From the NCBI RefSeq assembly GCF_028368995.1, contig NZ_JAQNDL010000001.1, forward strand, positions 3,584,001 through 3,648,000: a stretch of DNA of 64,000 nt, given 5' to 3'. Position numbers and translations under genes: made by a program. Positions within the stretch are counted from its first letter, which is position 1, and each line of letters begins with the position of its first letter. Under the pieces are notes generated by a model. The model ran no database searches. It worked only from the letters and a program-made list of their open reading frames with translations, and was not told the DNA's origin. Source of the DNA: Nannocystis bainbridge (lineage in GTDB: Bacteria > Myxococcota_A > Polyangia > Nannocystales > Nannocystaceae). Shown here one piece after another: positions 44,720-55,210 of the stretch.

Positions 44720-46354
44720 GTGGCCGGATGGTTGGAGATCCGCCGGGGCCAGGCTCCCGTCACCAACGTCAACCTCGTCGGGCGTCGCGTCATCGTCGGC
44801 CGCTCCCCCGACTGTGACGTCGTCCTCAACACCACCTCGGTCTCGCGCCAGCACGCCGAGCTGATCTGCGACGACGCCGGCTGGCGCGTGCGCGACCTCG
44901 GCAGCCGCAACGGCACCGGCGTCAACGGCACCCGCGTCGCCGGCGAGCGCGGCCTGCAGAACTGCGACGTCCTCCGCATCGACGAGTTCGACCTCGTCTT
45001 CCACACCGGCCCGGCCCCGCTGCGGCCCGCCGCGCGCCCGCGCACCAGCGTCACCGACGGCGCCTTCGGCCCCGCGCGCACCTTGCAGGAGCTGGGCCCG
45101 CCCAAGGTCGACGCCTCGCACCTCTCGCGGCTGCTCGGCTTCAGCGCCGCCTTGCTGGCCGAAGGGGCAGCCGACCAGCGCATGTTCCAGCTGTGCGAGC
45201 TGCTGACCAGCGCGCATTTCCACGGCAACGCCGCAGTGGTCCTGCGGATCCTCCGCTCCGACGCCAGCGCCCCCGAGATTCTGTCCGGCCCGACCGGCCC
45301 CGGCGGCGAGCCGCCGATCAGCCGCTCGGTGATCAAGGCCGTGCTCGCCAGCGACGCCCCCGTGCTCGCCAGCTCCGGCCCCGCCGGCCCGAAGAACAAC
45401 ATGGTCCAGATGTCGGTCGTGTTCGGCGGCCAGGCCACCGCCGCCGTCGCTTGCCCGGTCGGCGGCGACGGCGAGCACCTCGACGTCCTCTACGTCATGC
45501 TGCCCGGCCAGTACGGCACCGCCGAGTGGCTCGCGCTCGCCTCGCTCGCCTCGGCCATGTTCCGCCAGGCCGAGGACGCCTGGACCGCGCGCGAGGCGGC
45601 CCAGCGCCAGGCCCTGCTCGAGGAGGAGCTGCGGCGCGCCGCCGCGATCCAGGCCCGACTTGTCCCTCGGGACATGTCCTCCGGGTCACTTCAGATCGGC
45701 TTCGGCTTCACCCCGTGCAAGGGCGTCGGCGGCGACTACGTCGACGCCCTGCCGACCCGCGACGGCCGCGTCCTCGTCACCGTCATGGACGTCGCCGGCA
45801 AGGGCATCGACGCCGCGCTGATCGCCTCCGGCCTGCACACCACCGTGCACCTGGCGGTCCGCCAGGGCATGTCCCTGCCCGACCTCGTCCACACCTTGAA
45901 CCGCCAGCTGCTCGACACCTGGAGCGGCGAGACCTTCGTGACCCTCGCGGCCGCGCTGATCGACCCGCGCACCGGCGCGCTCGAGGCGGTCGGCTGCGGC
46001 CACCCGGCGCCGATGGTCGTCAGCCCGAACGGCATGATCCGCGAGCTCCGCCTGGCCGAGGGCATGCCGATCGGCCTCATCGACATCGAGCTCGAGCTCA
46101 GCACCGACCGCCTCCGCCCCGGCGAGCTGCTCCTCCTCTACTCCGACGGCCTGTCCGAGTGTTTTAATGAGGACGACAAGATCCTCGGCGTCGACGGCCT
46201 CACCGAGATGGTCGCCGACATCCGCCACGCCGCCGGCCGCAAGCCCGACCTCGAGTGGTTCGAGTCCCAGCTCAAGGACCGGCTGGCCCACCACCGCGGC
46301 CGCGCCCCCGCCTCCGACGACATCAGCTTCGCCCTCGCCCTGTTCGGCGCCTGA
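44720..46354 (+). CDS. FHA + GAF-like + PP2C (SpoIIE/RsbU-type) phosphatase
   Basis: GRS...SVSRQHA...DLGSRNGT (FHA); VGGDY, DVAGKG, GHP, YSDGL, DDIS (PP2C); start approximate. Confidence 0.92.
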   Translation: MAGWLEIRRGQAPVTNVNLVGRRVIVGRSPDCDVVLNTTSVSRQHAELICDDAGWRVRDLGSRNGTGVNGTRVAGERGLQNCDVLRIDEFDLVFHTGPAPLRPAARPRTSVTDGAFGPARTLQELGPPKVDASHLSRLLGFSAALLAEGAADQRMFQLCELLTSAHFHGNAAVVLRILRSDASAPEILSGPTGPGGEPPISRSVIKAVLASDAPVLASSGPAGPKNNMVQMSVVFGGQATAAVACPVGGDGEHLDVLYVMLPGQYGTAEWLALASLASAMFRQAEDAWTAREAAQRQALLEEELRRAAAIQARLVPRDMSSGSLQIGFGFTPCKGVGGDYVDALPTRDGRVLVTVMDVAGKGIDAALIASGLHTTVHLAVRQGMSLPDLVHTLNRQLLDTWSGETFVTLAAALIDPRTGALEAVGCGHPAPMVVSPNGMIRELRLAEGMPIGLIDIELELSTDRLRPGELLLLYSDGLSECFNEDDKILGVDGLTEMVADIRHAAGRKPDLEWFESQLKDRLAHHRGRAPASDDISFALALFGA

Positions 46355-46360
46355 ACCATC

Positions 46361-46412
46361 GAACATGTCGTTCGCGCCATGCGCGATCGGACATGCTTTC
46401 AAAGACATTCCC
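46361..46412. repeat. 14-bp-period CATG array
   Basis: CATG at 46364, 46378, 46392; CATT at 46406. Confidence 0.85.
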
Positions 46413-46526
46413 TTCGTGGAATATCCGAGCGCGTCCGGGCGCTCTCGCCCATGCCTGCGCGAGATCGCGCGCCCGTCCGCGATGGCGGGGTGACGATCGC
46501 CGCCCCGCCCTCTATCCTCGCGGCCG

Positions 46527-49500
46527 ATGCCGCAAGCGAAGCAGAAGTCGAAGCAGAAGGCCAAGAAGTCCGCCGCCGCCAGGGCGACCGCGAAGGCCGA
46601 CAAGCAGACGAAGAAGCCGAAGAAGAAGGCGAGCGACACCGGGCCCGCGAAGGCCAAGAAGGCCGCCAAGAAGCCCGCCGCCAAGGCCAAGAAGGCCGCC
46701 AAGACCGCTGCTCGCAAGCTCGCCAAGCGAGCCGAGAAGACCGACAAGAAGGCCAAGAAGACGGCCGACAAGGCCACCAAGAAGGCCAAGAAGACCGACG
46801 CCAAGGCCGCCAAGAAGGCGAACGCCAAGGCCGTCAAGAAGGCCGTCAAGAAGGCCACCAAGAAATCCGACGCCAAGGCCACCAAGAAGGCCGCCAAGAA
46901 ATCCGACGTCAAGGCCACCAGGAAGGCCGCCAAGAAGTCCGACGCCAAGGCCACCAAGAAGGCCGCCAAGAAGTCCGCCGACAAGGCCAAGAAGCTCGAC
47001 ACCAAGGCCGCCAGGAAGTCCGACGCCAAGGCCAAGAAGACCGCCGGCAAGCCCGCCAAGCCCGCCAAGCGGCGCGCCGCGCCCGGCCCGGCCACGGACG
47101 CCGTGCTCGCCGCGCAGCGGTTCTACGCCCTCCCGGTCGACGCCGAGGCCTTTGCCGCCAGCGAAGAGGGCCTGACCCTTCAGACAGGTGACGACCTGGT
47201 CGCCGCTCACTTCGAGCGCAACTTCGGCTACTTCGGCGCCATCGACAAGACCCTGTCCGGCTTCTACGTGCTCGACGACGAGGGCGACAACTACTACCTC
47301 GCCGACCTGCGCGACAGCGGTCAGGTGTGGTGGCAGGATCACGAGACCCGCGAAGTCTCGCTCGCCTTCGCCAGCGTCGAGGACTACGCCGGCTACCGCG
47401 AGGCCAGGGCCGCCGCCAGTGACGACGAGGACGCCGACGACGACGAGATCGCCGACCGCTTCCGTCCGCGCAAGCTCAAGTCGACCGGCGAGCGCCGGCC
47501 CAGCACCGCCAAGCTGCTCGAGCGCTACCAGTGGCTCGTGTGGCTGTTCGCGCGCAGCCACGAGCTGCGCGGGCAGATCCTCGAGCAAGACGCGGACCTG
47601 GTGAACCGCGCCTACGGCCACCTGCGCGGCACCTTCGCCACCCGCGCCGCCGAGGCCAAGGCCTTCGCCGCCGAGCGCGGCCGCCTCGCCGACGACCCGC
47701 ACCTCGGCATCTACTGGCTGCTCCACACCAGCGTGCTCGCCGACCACGCCCGCCGCGACGAGGTCGTCGCTGCTCTCGATGGCAGCGAGCACCCGCTCGT
47801 CCACGCCTTTGTCGCCGCCTTCGGCGCTCTCGCCCACGACGGCGACGTGCCCGCCGCTCCCGGTTTCCGCGTCCGTCGCTCGCGGCTGCTCTTCCTCACC
47901 GGCGGCGCCCTCACCAGCGAAGAGGTCGACCGCGAGCGCCTGACCGCCGCTCTGTTCGCCGACCCCGTCAATCACGGCTTCATCAAGGCCGAGCGTCTGG
48001 TCGACGCCGCCGCCGCCGCCGATGAGCTGCAGCAGCTCCACGACCTCGTCGCCGCCGGCCTGCCCGGGCCCGAGCTCGGCTGGCACAGCCTCGCCGCCTT
48101 GCTCGACGTGCGCGCCGGCGTCCAGGCCAGCCGCGCCGCCGATACTGTCCTCAAGGACATGAACGAAAGTACAGACGTCGACCTGCTGGCCGACGTGCTC
48201 GAGCTGCTGGCGCCGGTGGCGACCGACCGCGAGCAGGTGCGCGCGCTGATCGACAGCGTGCTCGCGCGCGACCCGTTCCACTGGGGCGTGCTGGAGGTCG
48301 GCAAGGTCGCCGCCGAGCGCGACCTCGAGGTCGCGCGCGCCGAGCAGTTCATCGCCCGCATCGCCCCGCTCGCCGAGGTGCGGCCGCTCCTGCTCGAGAT
48401 CTTCAGCGAAGACGACGACGAGCGCGGGGCCGCCCTCAAGCGGCTGCGCGAGCTCCCGCCGGCGCAGCAGCACCTGCTCGCCCGCCGCCTGCTCGTCATG
48501 GCCAGCCAGATCGCCGGCGACGCCCTCGCGGTCGCCGTCGATGTCCTGCTCGGCGCCGGCGACCCCGACGCCCTCGCCGAGCTCGCGCGCACCGTCGAGG
48601 GGTTGCAGGACCCGTCGCAGTTCGCCGAGCAGCTCGTCGAATTGCGCGAGGCCGGCATCGTCGACCTCGCCGACCCGCTGCTGCCGATCGTCCAGGGCCT
48701 GCTCCTGCGGCCCGAGAGCGACGGGTTCATGGCCGACCACTGGAAAGAGGCGCTGGTCGAGAAGCTGGCGCCGGTCGCCCACGAGCCGGTCGTGTTCGAC
48801 TGGTTGCTGGCCGCGCTCGAAGAGGACAGCCGGCACAGCCTGCGCGACGACATCCTCTCCAAGCTGTTCATCGCCTACAACGACAACCAGGTCGTCGCTC
48901 GCCTGTCCGAGGCGCAGGCCTCCCGCCTGATCCGCCTGGCCGCGCGCCTCGGCGTCAAGCCGGCCGACGCCGACGCGCACGAAGACGGCGTGTTCCCGGC
49001 GATCCACGTCTACCACGCCGCCGGTCGGGTCCTGTTCTACTTCGACAACCCGGGCGGCTTGCCGGCGATCGCCGAGGTCCTCGCGCAGGCGACCGACGTC
49101 GAGCTGCTGAGCAACCTCTACAGCGCGCTCGCCCACATCAAGACCGAGGACTCGCTGGGGCTCCTGCGCTCGCGCCTGTTCGTCGAGCAGCGGCAGGTCT
49201 GGAACCTCTGCAACGCCGTCGCCGAGACCTTCGACGACGAGGGCCACGCCGAGGTCATGGCCGAGCTCGAGCGGACCCGCAGCGACCACGGGGCCAACAG
49301 CTACGCGGTGGTGTTCATCGACTTCGCCAACGACACCAAGAAGAAGCCGCACACCTACGTCGCCCAGCTCGCGCGGGCCGTGCTCGGCTGGCCGGAGCCG
49401 ACCGATCCGCGGGCCCGCGGCCAGCGCAAGTTCGTGCTGATGCACGCCGTCCGGCTCGGGCTCGAGAGCGCCGACCACGAGCTCGTGCGCCTGGCCCACC

Positions 49501-51131
49501 CCGCCGCGCTGGCGATCGCCGAGCCGCCGTTCTCCAACCTCGCCGAGCTCCACTACGAGAACGCCACCGAGGACCCGTGGGGGTCGCTCAAGGCCAGGGA
49601 TCGCAAGCTGCTGGATCGCGTGCTGGCCGGCGAAGTCGCCGGGCCGCGCAAGCTCGACGAGCCCGTGAAGAAGATCGACGACGACACCCTCGCCGAGCTG
49701 GCCGGCGTGCCCGTCGACCGCCGCTTCCTCACCACCCCGGACGGCGAGGTGTGGTTCTTCGACAAGCAGGACCGCCTGCACGTGTTCGACGGCCAGGAGG
49801 TCCGCGCCCCGAGCTTCACCGTCGTCCGCCCCGAAGATCTCGGGGCCTTCCTCGCCGGCGTCGAGCGCTGCGACGGCCACGTCGTCCAGTGGAACAGCGC
49901 GGCCGGGGAGTTCCGCGACATCGCCCGCTACGGCGATCGCGTGCTGATCTTCGAGGGCGTCAACAACGGCCCCTTCACCGCCACCGGCCTGATCGCCGCG
50001 GGGGCCGGGGCCGCCGACGTGCTGTACCACAAGCTCGTCGATCACCTGGCCAAGGACTGGTTCGTCGCCGACGCCTGGTACGTCCCGGGCCTCGGCGGCG
50101 TCCAGCGCACCTTCTACGCCCCGCTCCCCGGCGGCAAGTACAACGACGAGCGCGACCGCCTGCACGAGCTCGAGGGCACGCCCGCGGCGCTGGCCGACGC
50201 CGAGGCCAGGGCGCTGGCGCTGATGCAGCGCCCCGGCGCCCGCGTGGCCTGCATCGAGTGGATGGACGACCTGCGCCGGCGCTCCGACATGGGCCTGCTC
50301 GAGTACTTCTCGGACCGCGCCCGCGACGACGAGAAGTCGCCGCGCTGGCACCTCGAGGCGTTCGCCGAGTTCGAGCAATTGCTGAACGAGTGGGACTGGG
50401 CGTCAACCGTACCTGGCCTTTCGGTCAGCCACGGCGCGCCGCCCGACGACGACGCGATCGCCCGCTTCGCCGCCGCCGCCGGCGCCGAGGTGCCGGAGAA
50501 GCTGCGCGACGCCTGGGCCCACGGCCCGCTGGCGTGGCAGATCGGCGAGCAGGGCCTGGCCTTGCTCGGGCCCGACGAGGCGCTCGCGCGCGGCCCGGCG
50601 CTCGCCGCCGCCGCCGAGGGCATCGCCGCCCAGCTGCCGCCGGCCGACGCCGAGGCCCTGCGCAAATTCATGGCCGGCGCGCAGGTGGTGATCGAGGACG
50701 CGCAGCAGCGGCCGGTGGTGCTGTTCGTGCCGAAATCGCCGCAGCGCGGCGACGGGCGGGTGTTCGTCGAGTACGACGTCGCCGGCCCGCCCGAGGACCT
50801 GTGGTTCGAGGGCTCGTTCGAGTGGTTCATCGCCGAGTCGCTGGGCCGCCCGTTCGTCAAGGCGCTCGGCGAGGCCTGCCCCGAGCTGCTCGGGCTGCCG
50901 TACGGGGCGCGCCGCCACGAGGGCGTGGTCCGCCGCCGCTACGTGCAGGGCGGCAAGTTCTGGGAGGTGGTGTTCGACCCCGAGGCCGGATTCGTGCTGA
51001 CCCGCTCCGGCAAGGCCGGCGCGGCCGGCAGCCACACGCTGCGCCGCTTCACCAGCCCCGAGCAGGCGCAGGCGAACTTCGAGAAGCAGGTCAAGGGCAG
51101 GACCCGCGACGGCTGGCGCCTCGCGACCTGA
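46527..51131 (+). CDS. Large protein: histone-H1-like Lys/Ala tail, SUKH(SMI1/KNR4)-like regions, helical repeats, C-terminal WGR domain
   Basis: ~185-aa KKAA-rich N-terminus; GDNYYLADLRDSGQVWWQDHE; C-terminal GGKFWEV...TRSGKAG...GW. Confidence 0.8.
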   Translation: MPQAKQKSKQKAKKSAAARATAKADKQTKKPKKKASDTGPAKAKKAAKKPAAKAKKAAKTAARKLAKRAEKTDKKAKKTADKATKKAKKTDAKAAKKANAKAVKKAVKKATKKSDAKATKKAAKKSDVKATRKAAKKSDAKATKKAAKKSADKAKKLDTKAARKSDAKAKKTAGKPAKPAKRRAAPGPATDAVLAAQRFYALPVDAEAFAASEEGLTLQTGDDLVAAHFERNFGYFGAIDKTLSGFYVLDDEGDNYYLADLRDSGQVWWQDHETREVSLAFASVEDYAGYREARAAASDDEDADDDEIADRFRPRKLKSTGERRPSTAKLLERYQWLVWLFARSHELRGQILEQDADLVNRAYGHLRGTFATRAAEAKAFAAERGRLADDPHLGIYWLLHTSVLADHARRDEVVAALDGSEHPLVHAFVAAFGALAHDGDVPAAPGFRVRRSRLLFLTGGALTSEEVDRERLTAALFADPVNHGFIKAERLVDAAAAADELQQLHDLVAAGLPGPELGWHSLAALLDVRAGVQASRAADTVLKDMNESTDVDLLADVLELLAPVATDREQVRALIDSVLARDPFHWGVLEVGKVAAERDLEVARAEQFIARIAPLAEVRPLLLEIFSEDDDERGAALKRLRELPPAQQHLLARRLLVMASQIAGDALAVAVDVLLGAGDPDALAELARTVEGLQDPSQFAEQLVELREAGIVDLADPLLPIVQGLLLRPESDGFMADHWKEALVEKLAPVAHEPVVFDWLLAALEEDSRHSLRDDILSKLFIAYNDNQVVARLSEAQASRLIRLAARLGVKPADADAHEDGVFPAIHVYHAAGRVLFYFDNPGGLPAIAEVLAQATDVELLSNLYSALAHIKTEDSLGLLRSRLFVEQRQVWNLCNAVAETFDDEGHAEVMAELERTRSDHGANSYAVVFIDFANDTKKKPHTYVAQLARAVLGWPEPTDPRARGQRKFVLMHAVRLGLESADHELVRLAHPAALAIAEPPFSNLAELHYENATEDPWGSLKARDRKLLDRVLAGEVAGPRKLDEPVKKIDDDTLAELAGVPVDRRFLTTPDGEVWFFDKQDRLHVFDGQEVRAPSFTVVRPEDLGAFLAGVERCDGHVVQWNSAAGEFRDIARYGDRVLIFEGVNNGPFTATGLIAAGAGAADVLYHKLVDHLAKDWFVADAWYVPGLGGVQRTFYAPLPGGKYNDERDRLHELEGTPAALADAEARALALMQRPGARVACIEWMDDLRRRSDMGLLEYFSDRARDDEKSPRWHLEAFAEFEQLLNEWDWASTVPGLSVSHGAPPDDDAIARFAAAAGAEVPEKLRDAWAHGPLAWQIGEQGLALLGPDEALARGPALAAAAEGIAAQLPPADAEALRKFMAGAQVVIEDAQQRPVVLFVPKSPQRGDGRVFVEYDVAGPPEDLWFEGSFEWFIAESLGRPFVKALGEACPELLGLPYGARRHEGVVRRRYVQGGKFWEVVFDPEAGFVLTRSGKAGAAGSHTLRRFTSPEQAQANFEKQVKGRTRDGWRLAT

Positions 51132-51168
51132 AGGCCCGCGCGGGCGCGCCAGCCGGCGCGCCCGCGAT

Positions 51169-51274
51169 CGCCATGCTTTGCAGACATGTCCTTCAGAGCA
51201 TGCTCCAATGAGCATGTCTTATGTGACATGTTATTCAGGACATGATTCCATGAACATGCCCGCCTGGGCACGTC
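51169..51274. repeat. Longest 14-bp-period CATG array
   Basis: CATG at 51185, 51199, 51213, 51227, 51241, 51255; CACG at 51269; CATG at 51172 is 13 bp off. Confidence 0.92.
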
Positions 51275-51299
51275 ACTCTCTATAAAAGATAGAGAGCGT

Positions 51300-54140
51300 T
51301 CAGTGCGCGGCTTCCCACGCGTCGAGCTGCCCCAGCCCGCGCAGGCCGGCCGCCCCCGCGCGCTGCAGCGACTCGCGGGCCGCCCTCGCCGCCTCGGCCG
51401 CCTCGGTCGCGGCTCCGGTCGCGCGCAGCGCCTGGGCCCGCGCCAGGTGCATCATCCCCAGGTCGCCGGGATCGGGGGTCGAGGCGGCCACGTTCTTGAG
51501 CGCGCGGTCGACCCGCCGCAGCGCCGCCGCCGGGTCCTTCTCGAGCAGGTCGACCTGCGCCTGGCCCAAAAGACAGAGCCCGAGGTCGGGGTGGTCGGGG
51601 CCGAGAGCGCTCTCGCGGATCTCGCAACCCCGCACGTACGCGACGCGGGCGCCCGGGTAGTCGGCGAGGTCGCGCCTGGTGTCGCCGATGAACGTAAACA
51701 CCCCCGCGAGCGCCACGTGCCCGGGGGGCAATGTCTCCTCGAGGTGCTGCTGCGCGGCCATCAGCTCGACCAGCCCCTCGGCTGGCTTTCCGGACAGCTG
51801 CAGCATCCCGCCGATGTTCTGCCGGATCAGCCCGACGTTCGGGTCCTTCGGGTTGATCGCCTCGAGGATGGCCCGCGACCGCTGCAGCGCCGCGATCGCC
51901 TCCGCGTGGCGGTTCTGCCGCTCGAGCGCCAGCGCCAGGTTGTTCAGCGGGTTGGCCAGGTCGGGGTGCCCCGCGCCGTGGGCCTGCTCGTCGAGCGCGA
52001 CCGCCCGCTCGAACAGCTGCTGCGCCTCGCGGTAATGGCCGCCGCGCAGCTTCGACGCGCCGAGCACGTTGACCAGGTTGACCAGGCGCGGGTGCTCGGG
52101 GCCGTAGACCTTCTCGTACAGCGCAATCGCCTCGCTCACCGGCGCCTCGGCGCCGGCGTTGTCGCCGGCGGCGATCGCGATCATGCCGACTTGATGCAGC
52201 CACTGCGCGCGCTCGCGGTCGGGCTGGCCGCGGCGACGCAGCAGCGCCTCGGCGTGGTCGACCCACGGCTGGGCCTCGGCCTTGCGCCCGAGCTTGTAGC
52301 CGACCACGAACATCTGGCTCAGCAGCCCATCCCACAGCGTCTCGTCGTCGCGGTCGGCCACCGCCTGCCAGATCGCCGCCGCCTCGGTCGTGCGCGCCAG
52401 CTCGTCGTTGCCCGCCTCGCGCTGCGCCCGCGCCAGCGCGTGGCGGGCCGCCGCCGTCAGGCTCGGATCGTCGAGCGCGAGCGCCTCGGTCGCCGTCGCC
52501 TCGAGCTCGGCCAGCGCGTCCTTGCTCTTGCCCGCGTTCACCTTGGCCCGCGCCGCCCGCAGCCGCTCGCGCAGCGCCTCGCTGCGGGCCGGGTCGGCGA
52601 CCGGGCGCGAGGCCAGGGCCCCGCTGCGCAGCGCCTCGGCGTCGGCGCAGCCCTGCAGCCCCGGCAGCCCCGCCACCGCCTCCGCGGCCCGCTTCACCAC
52701 CTGCTTGTCGGCCTGGCCCAGCAACTCGAGCAGCGCGTCGAGGTCGCGCAGCCGGTGCTGCAGGCAGGCCATGCGCAGGTCCATCAGCTCGGCCGACTGC
52801 TCGCCGCGCACCTGCGTCGAAGCACATGTCTCTTCGTACATGTCCTTCCATTCCTGCGCGTAGCGATCGATCTGCGGCGCCGCCCCGGCCCACGCCCCGG
52901 CCGCGTAGGGCAGCCCGGTGGCCGCGAACGCCGCCTCGACCGTCGCCCGCCGCTCCGCGGGCCACACCGCGCCGACGCGCTCGGCCCCGCCGCCGCACAC
53001 GCCCGGCCCGGTCATCGCCAGCGCCGTGCCGCCGGCCACCGCCGCCGCCAGCAGGGTCCCGCCGAGGGCCAGCCAGCGCCGCTGCCGGCGGACCCGCCCG
53101 GCCTGCAACTCGGCCAGCAGCGCGTCCATGCGCGGGTACCTGGCCTCTCGGTCAGGTTGCAGCCCGCGCAGGCAGATCCGGTGGAGCCACCCGGGCACCT
53201 CGCTGCCGCGCGGCGGCGGCTCGCGCTGGCCGCTGCGGGCCCTCGCGGCCAGCTCCTCGATCGTCGAGCCGGCGAACGGGCGCTTGCCGTACAGCGCCTC
53301 GAACAGGGCCACGCAGAAGCTGAACTGGTCGGTGCGCGCGTCGACGGCCACGCCGGCGTGCTGCTCGGGCGACATGTACGCCGGCGTGCCGACGATCGCC
53401 CCGTAGCGGGTGATCTGGGTGTCGAGCGCGCTCGCGCCGGCGGCCTCGATCGCGTCCGCCGGCGCCTCGGGATCCTCGTCGCGGCGGGCCAGCCCGAAGT
53501 CGGCCACCTGCGCCCGCAGCCGACCGGTCGCGGCGTCGGTGCTGAGCAGCACGTTGTCGGGCTTGAAGTCGCGGTGGATCAGCCCGACCGCGTGCGCCGC
53601 CGCCAGCCCGGCGCCGGCCTGCGCGAACAGATCGACGACCTCCGGCCACGGCCGGCGCGTGGCGATCCACGCCCGCAGGTCGGTGCCCTCGACCAGGTCC
53701 ATGGCGATGAAGACCTGGTCGTCGCGGTGCGCCCCGACGTCGAACACCGGCACCACGTTGGGGTGCGACAGCTTGGCCATCGCCTGCGCCTCGCGGATCA
53801 TCCGCGTGCGCGCCTCGCCGACGGCCGTGCCGTGCAGCAGCTTGATCGCCACGGTGCGGTCGAGGTCGGGGTCGTGGGCCTTGAAGACCGTGCCCATCCC
53901 GCCGGACCCGAGCTGCCCGAGGATGACGTAGCGGCCCAGCGTGGACGCGGGCGCCTGCGCCTCGCCGCCCGCGGGCAGGCTCGCGGTGGTGCGCTCGACG
54001 TCGACCGCGGTGCGCCCCCGCTCGAGGCTGTCGGGGCGCACCACCGTCTCCTCGACAGAGAACCGTCGGCCCGACGCGGGCGCGGTGGTCTGCTCGAGCG
54101 CGTCCGTCGCCTGACTCTCGGGCCATGTCTTCTTGGACAT
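51300..54140 (-). CDS. Membrane Ser/Thr protein kinase with C-terminal TPR repeats
   Basis: LGSGGMGTV, VAIK, HRDFKPDN, DFGLA, GTPAYMSPE; TM helix; GPEHP/GAGHP TPRs. Confidence 0.96.
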   Translation of the reverse strand: MSKKTWPESQATDALEQTTAPASGRRFSVEETVVRPDSLERGRTAVDVERTTASLPAGGEAQAPASTLGRYVILGQLGSGGMGTVFKAHDPDLDRTVAIKLLHGTAVGEARTRMIREAQAMAKLSHPNVVPVFDVGAHRDDQVFIAMDLVEGTDLRAWIATRRPWPEVVDLFAQAGAGLAAAHAVGLIHRDFKPDNVLLSTDAATGRLRAQVADFGLARRDEDPEAPADAIEAAGASALDTQITRYGAIVGTPAYMSPEQHAGVAVDARTDQFSFCVALFEALYGKRPFAGSTIEELAARARSGQREPPPRGSEVPGWLHRICLRGLQPDREARYPRMDALLAELQAGRVRRQRRWLALGGTLLAAAVAGGTALAMTGPGVCGGGAERVGAVWPAERRATVEAAFAATGLPYAAGAWAGAAPQIDRYAQEWKDMYEETCASTQVRGEQSAELMDLRMACLQHRLRDLDALLELLGQADKQVVKRAAEAVAGLPGLQGCADAEALRSGALASRPVADPARSEALRERLRAARAKVNAGKSKDALAELEATATEALALDDPSLTAAARHALARAQREAGNDELARTTEAAAIWQAVADRDDETLWDGLLSQMFVVGYKLGRKAEAQPWVDHAEALLRRRGQPDRERAQWLHQVGMIAIAAGDNAGAEAPVSEAIALYEKVYGPEHPRLVNLVNVLGASKLRGGHYREAQQLFERAVALDEQAHGAGHPDLANPLNNLALALERQNRHAEAIAALQRSRAILEAINPKDPNVGLIRQNIGGMLQLSGKPAEGLVELMAAQQHLEETLPPGHVALAGVFTFIGDTRRDLADYPGARVAYVRGCEIRESALGPDHPDLGLCLLGQAQVDLLEKDPAAALRRVDRALKNVAASTPDPGDLGMMHLARAQALRATGAATEAAEAARAARESLQRAGAAGLRGLGQLDAWEAAH

Positions 54141-54458
54141 CTTCTTTTAAAAGGGGGGGCGCCCGCCCACCGCCTCTCTCGGCCCATCATCGGTCATGCC
54201 GGCCGCCCGGCCAACCTCGGCCGCGCCCCGGCGCCACCGGCGCGCGCGGCTCGCTTCCGCGCCCGCACGCGATCGCCTCCGCGCACGCACGCACCGCGAG
54301 CGCCGCTCTCTCGGGGAGTCGCGCCCGCAAGGCCCATCACCGCCAGCTCGCGGATCGTCGACAACTCGCGCGCCGGCGCCTCGCGGGCCCGTCGCTCCCG
54401 AAACGCGGGTGCTCCGGCGGCCTCCCATGCCCCGGCGAGACAGGCCGATAGGCTCGAC

Positions 54459-54818
54459 TCACGGTTCAGCTTGCTGGGCGATCGTCAGCTCGGTCTGTGC
54501 CTCGAGCTCGCCGAAGGTCCGGTGGTGGACGATGCGGCAGCGCTGGACCACGCCGACGAGCTGGTACTTTGGCTTCGCCCGGGCATCGATCCCTGGACCG
54601 ACCGCGAGCGGCTTGCCCGCCTGCTTCTCGCCGGAGGTGCCGGTGAGCTTGTCGGAGACGTACTCGACCCCGGTGACGAGGTCGATGATCTGGGGCTCGT
54701 GCTCGAGGACCGCCATCTTCCCGCCGAAGATTCCGCCCTGCATGCACTCGTACCAGACGACCTGGACGCGATGGCCCACGGGCACCGGCGCGTGAAACAG
54801 GACAGCGATCTTCTGCAT
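54459..54818 (-). CDS. Small hypothetical protein
   Basis: MQKIAVLFHAPVPVGHRV...; coding bias. Confidence 0.65.
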   Translation of the reverse strand: MQKIAVLFHAPVPVGHRVQVVWYECMQGGIFGGKMAVLEHEPQIIDLVTGVEYVSDKLTGTSGEKQAGKPLAVGPGIDARAKPKYQLVGVVQRCRIVHHRTFGELEAQTELTIAQQAEP

Positions 54819-55210
54819 TCGCCGAGGATAGCCGCGACGTGACCGGCCGCCCAGCGGGCTCCGCTGCAGTCGCCGCGCGGGGAGTTCACCGCGACGTGCG
54901 AGGATGCGCGGCGACGAGGGCTTGCAATCGCATGCCTCCCGCCAGCTGGACATCGCTCGCGTATGCCGCCTGGACGCACGGAATCGGCCCGATGCTCGGC
55001 GCGTCCGGTCATCCGTGCGCTCCGCTTGCGCGGTCGTCGAAATACCTGTCCTTTCGGACATCTGACTCCGCGCGCCGGGGTCATGTTTGCGATCGTCGGT
55101 GTTCGCCTCGGGGCCGGGAGCAGCGAGCCTCCGAGCTCATGCCGCACGAAGCCTGCCGCTCGGGGACTTCACGCTGGCCGGGCCTGCGCCCTGGCGTACA
55201 ATGCCCGCGC

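Noticed and set aside
44286-44864. SLAEP-repeat protein
   Set aside because: Derived from the VNTR, poor composition, and overlaps the FHA gene
45686-47095. Membrane protein with AAFLVALASDFL repeats
   Set aside because: Antisense reading of the Lys/Ala repeat
51169-51274. CATG arrays as CRISPR arrays
   Set aside because: The period is 14 bp, there are no 25-40-bp repeats with unique spacers, and no cas genes
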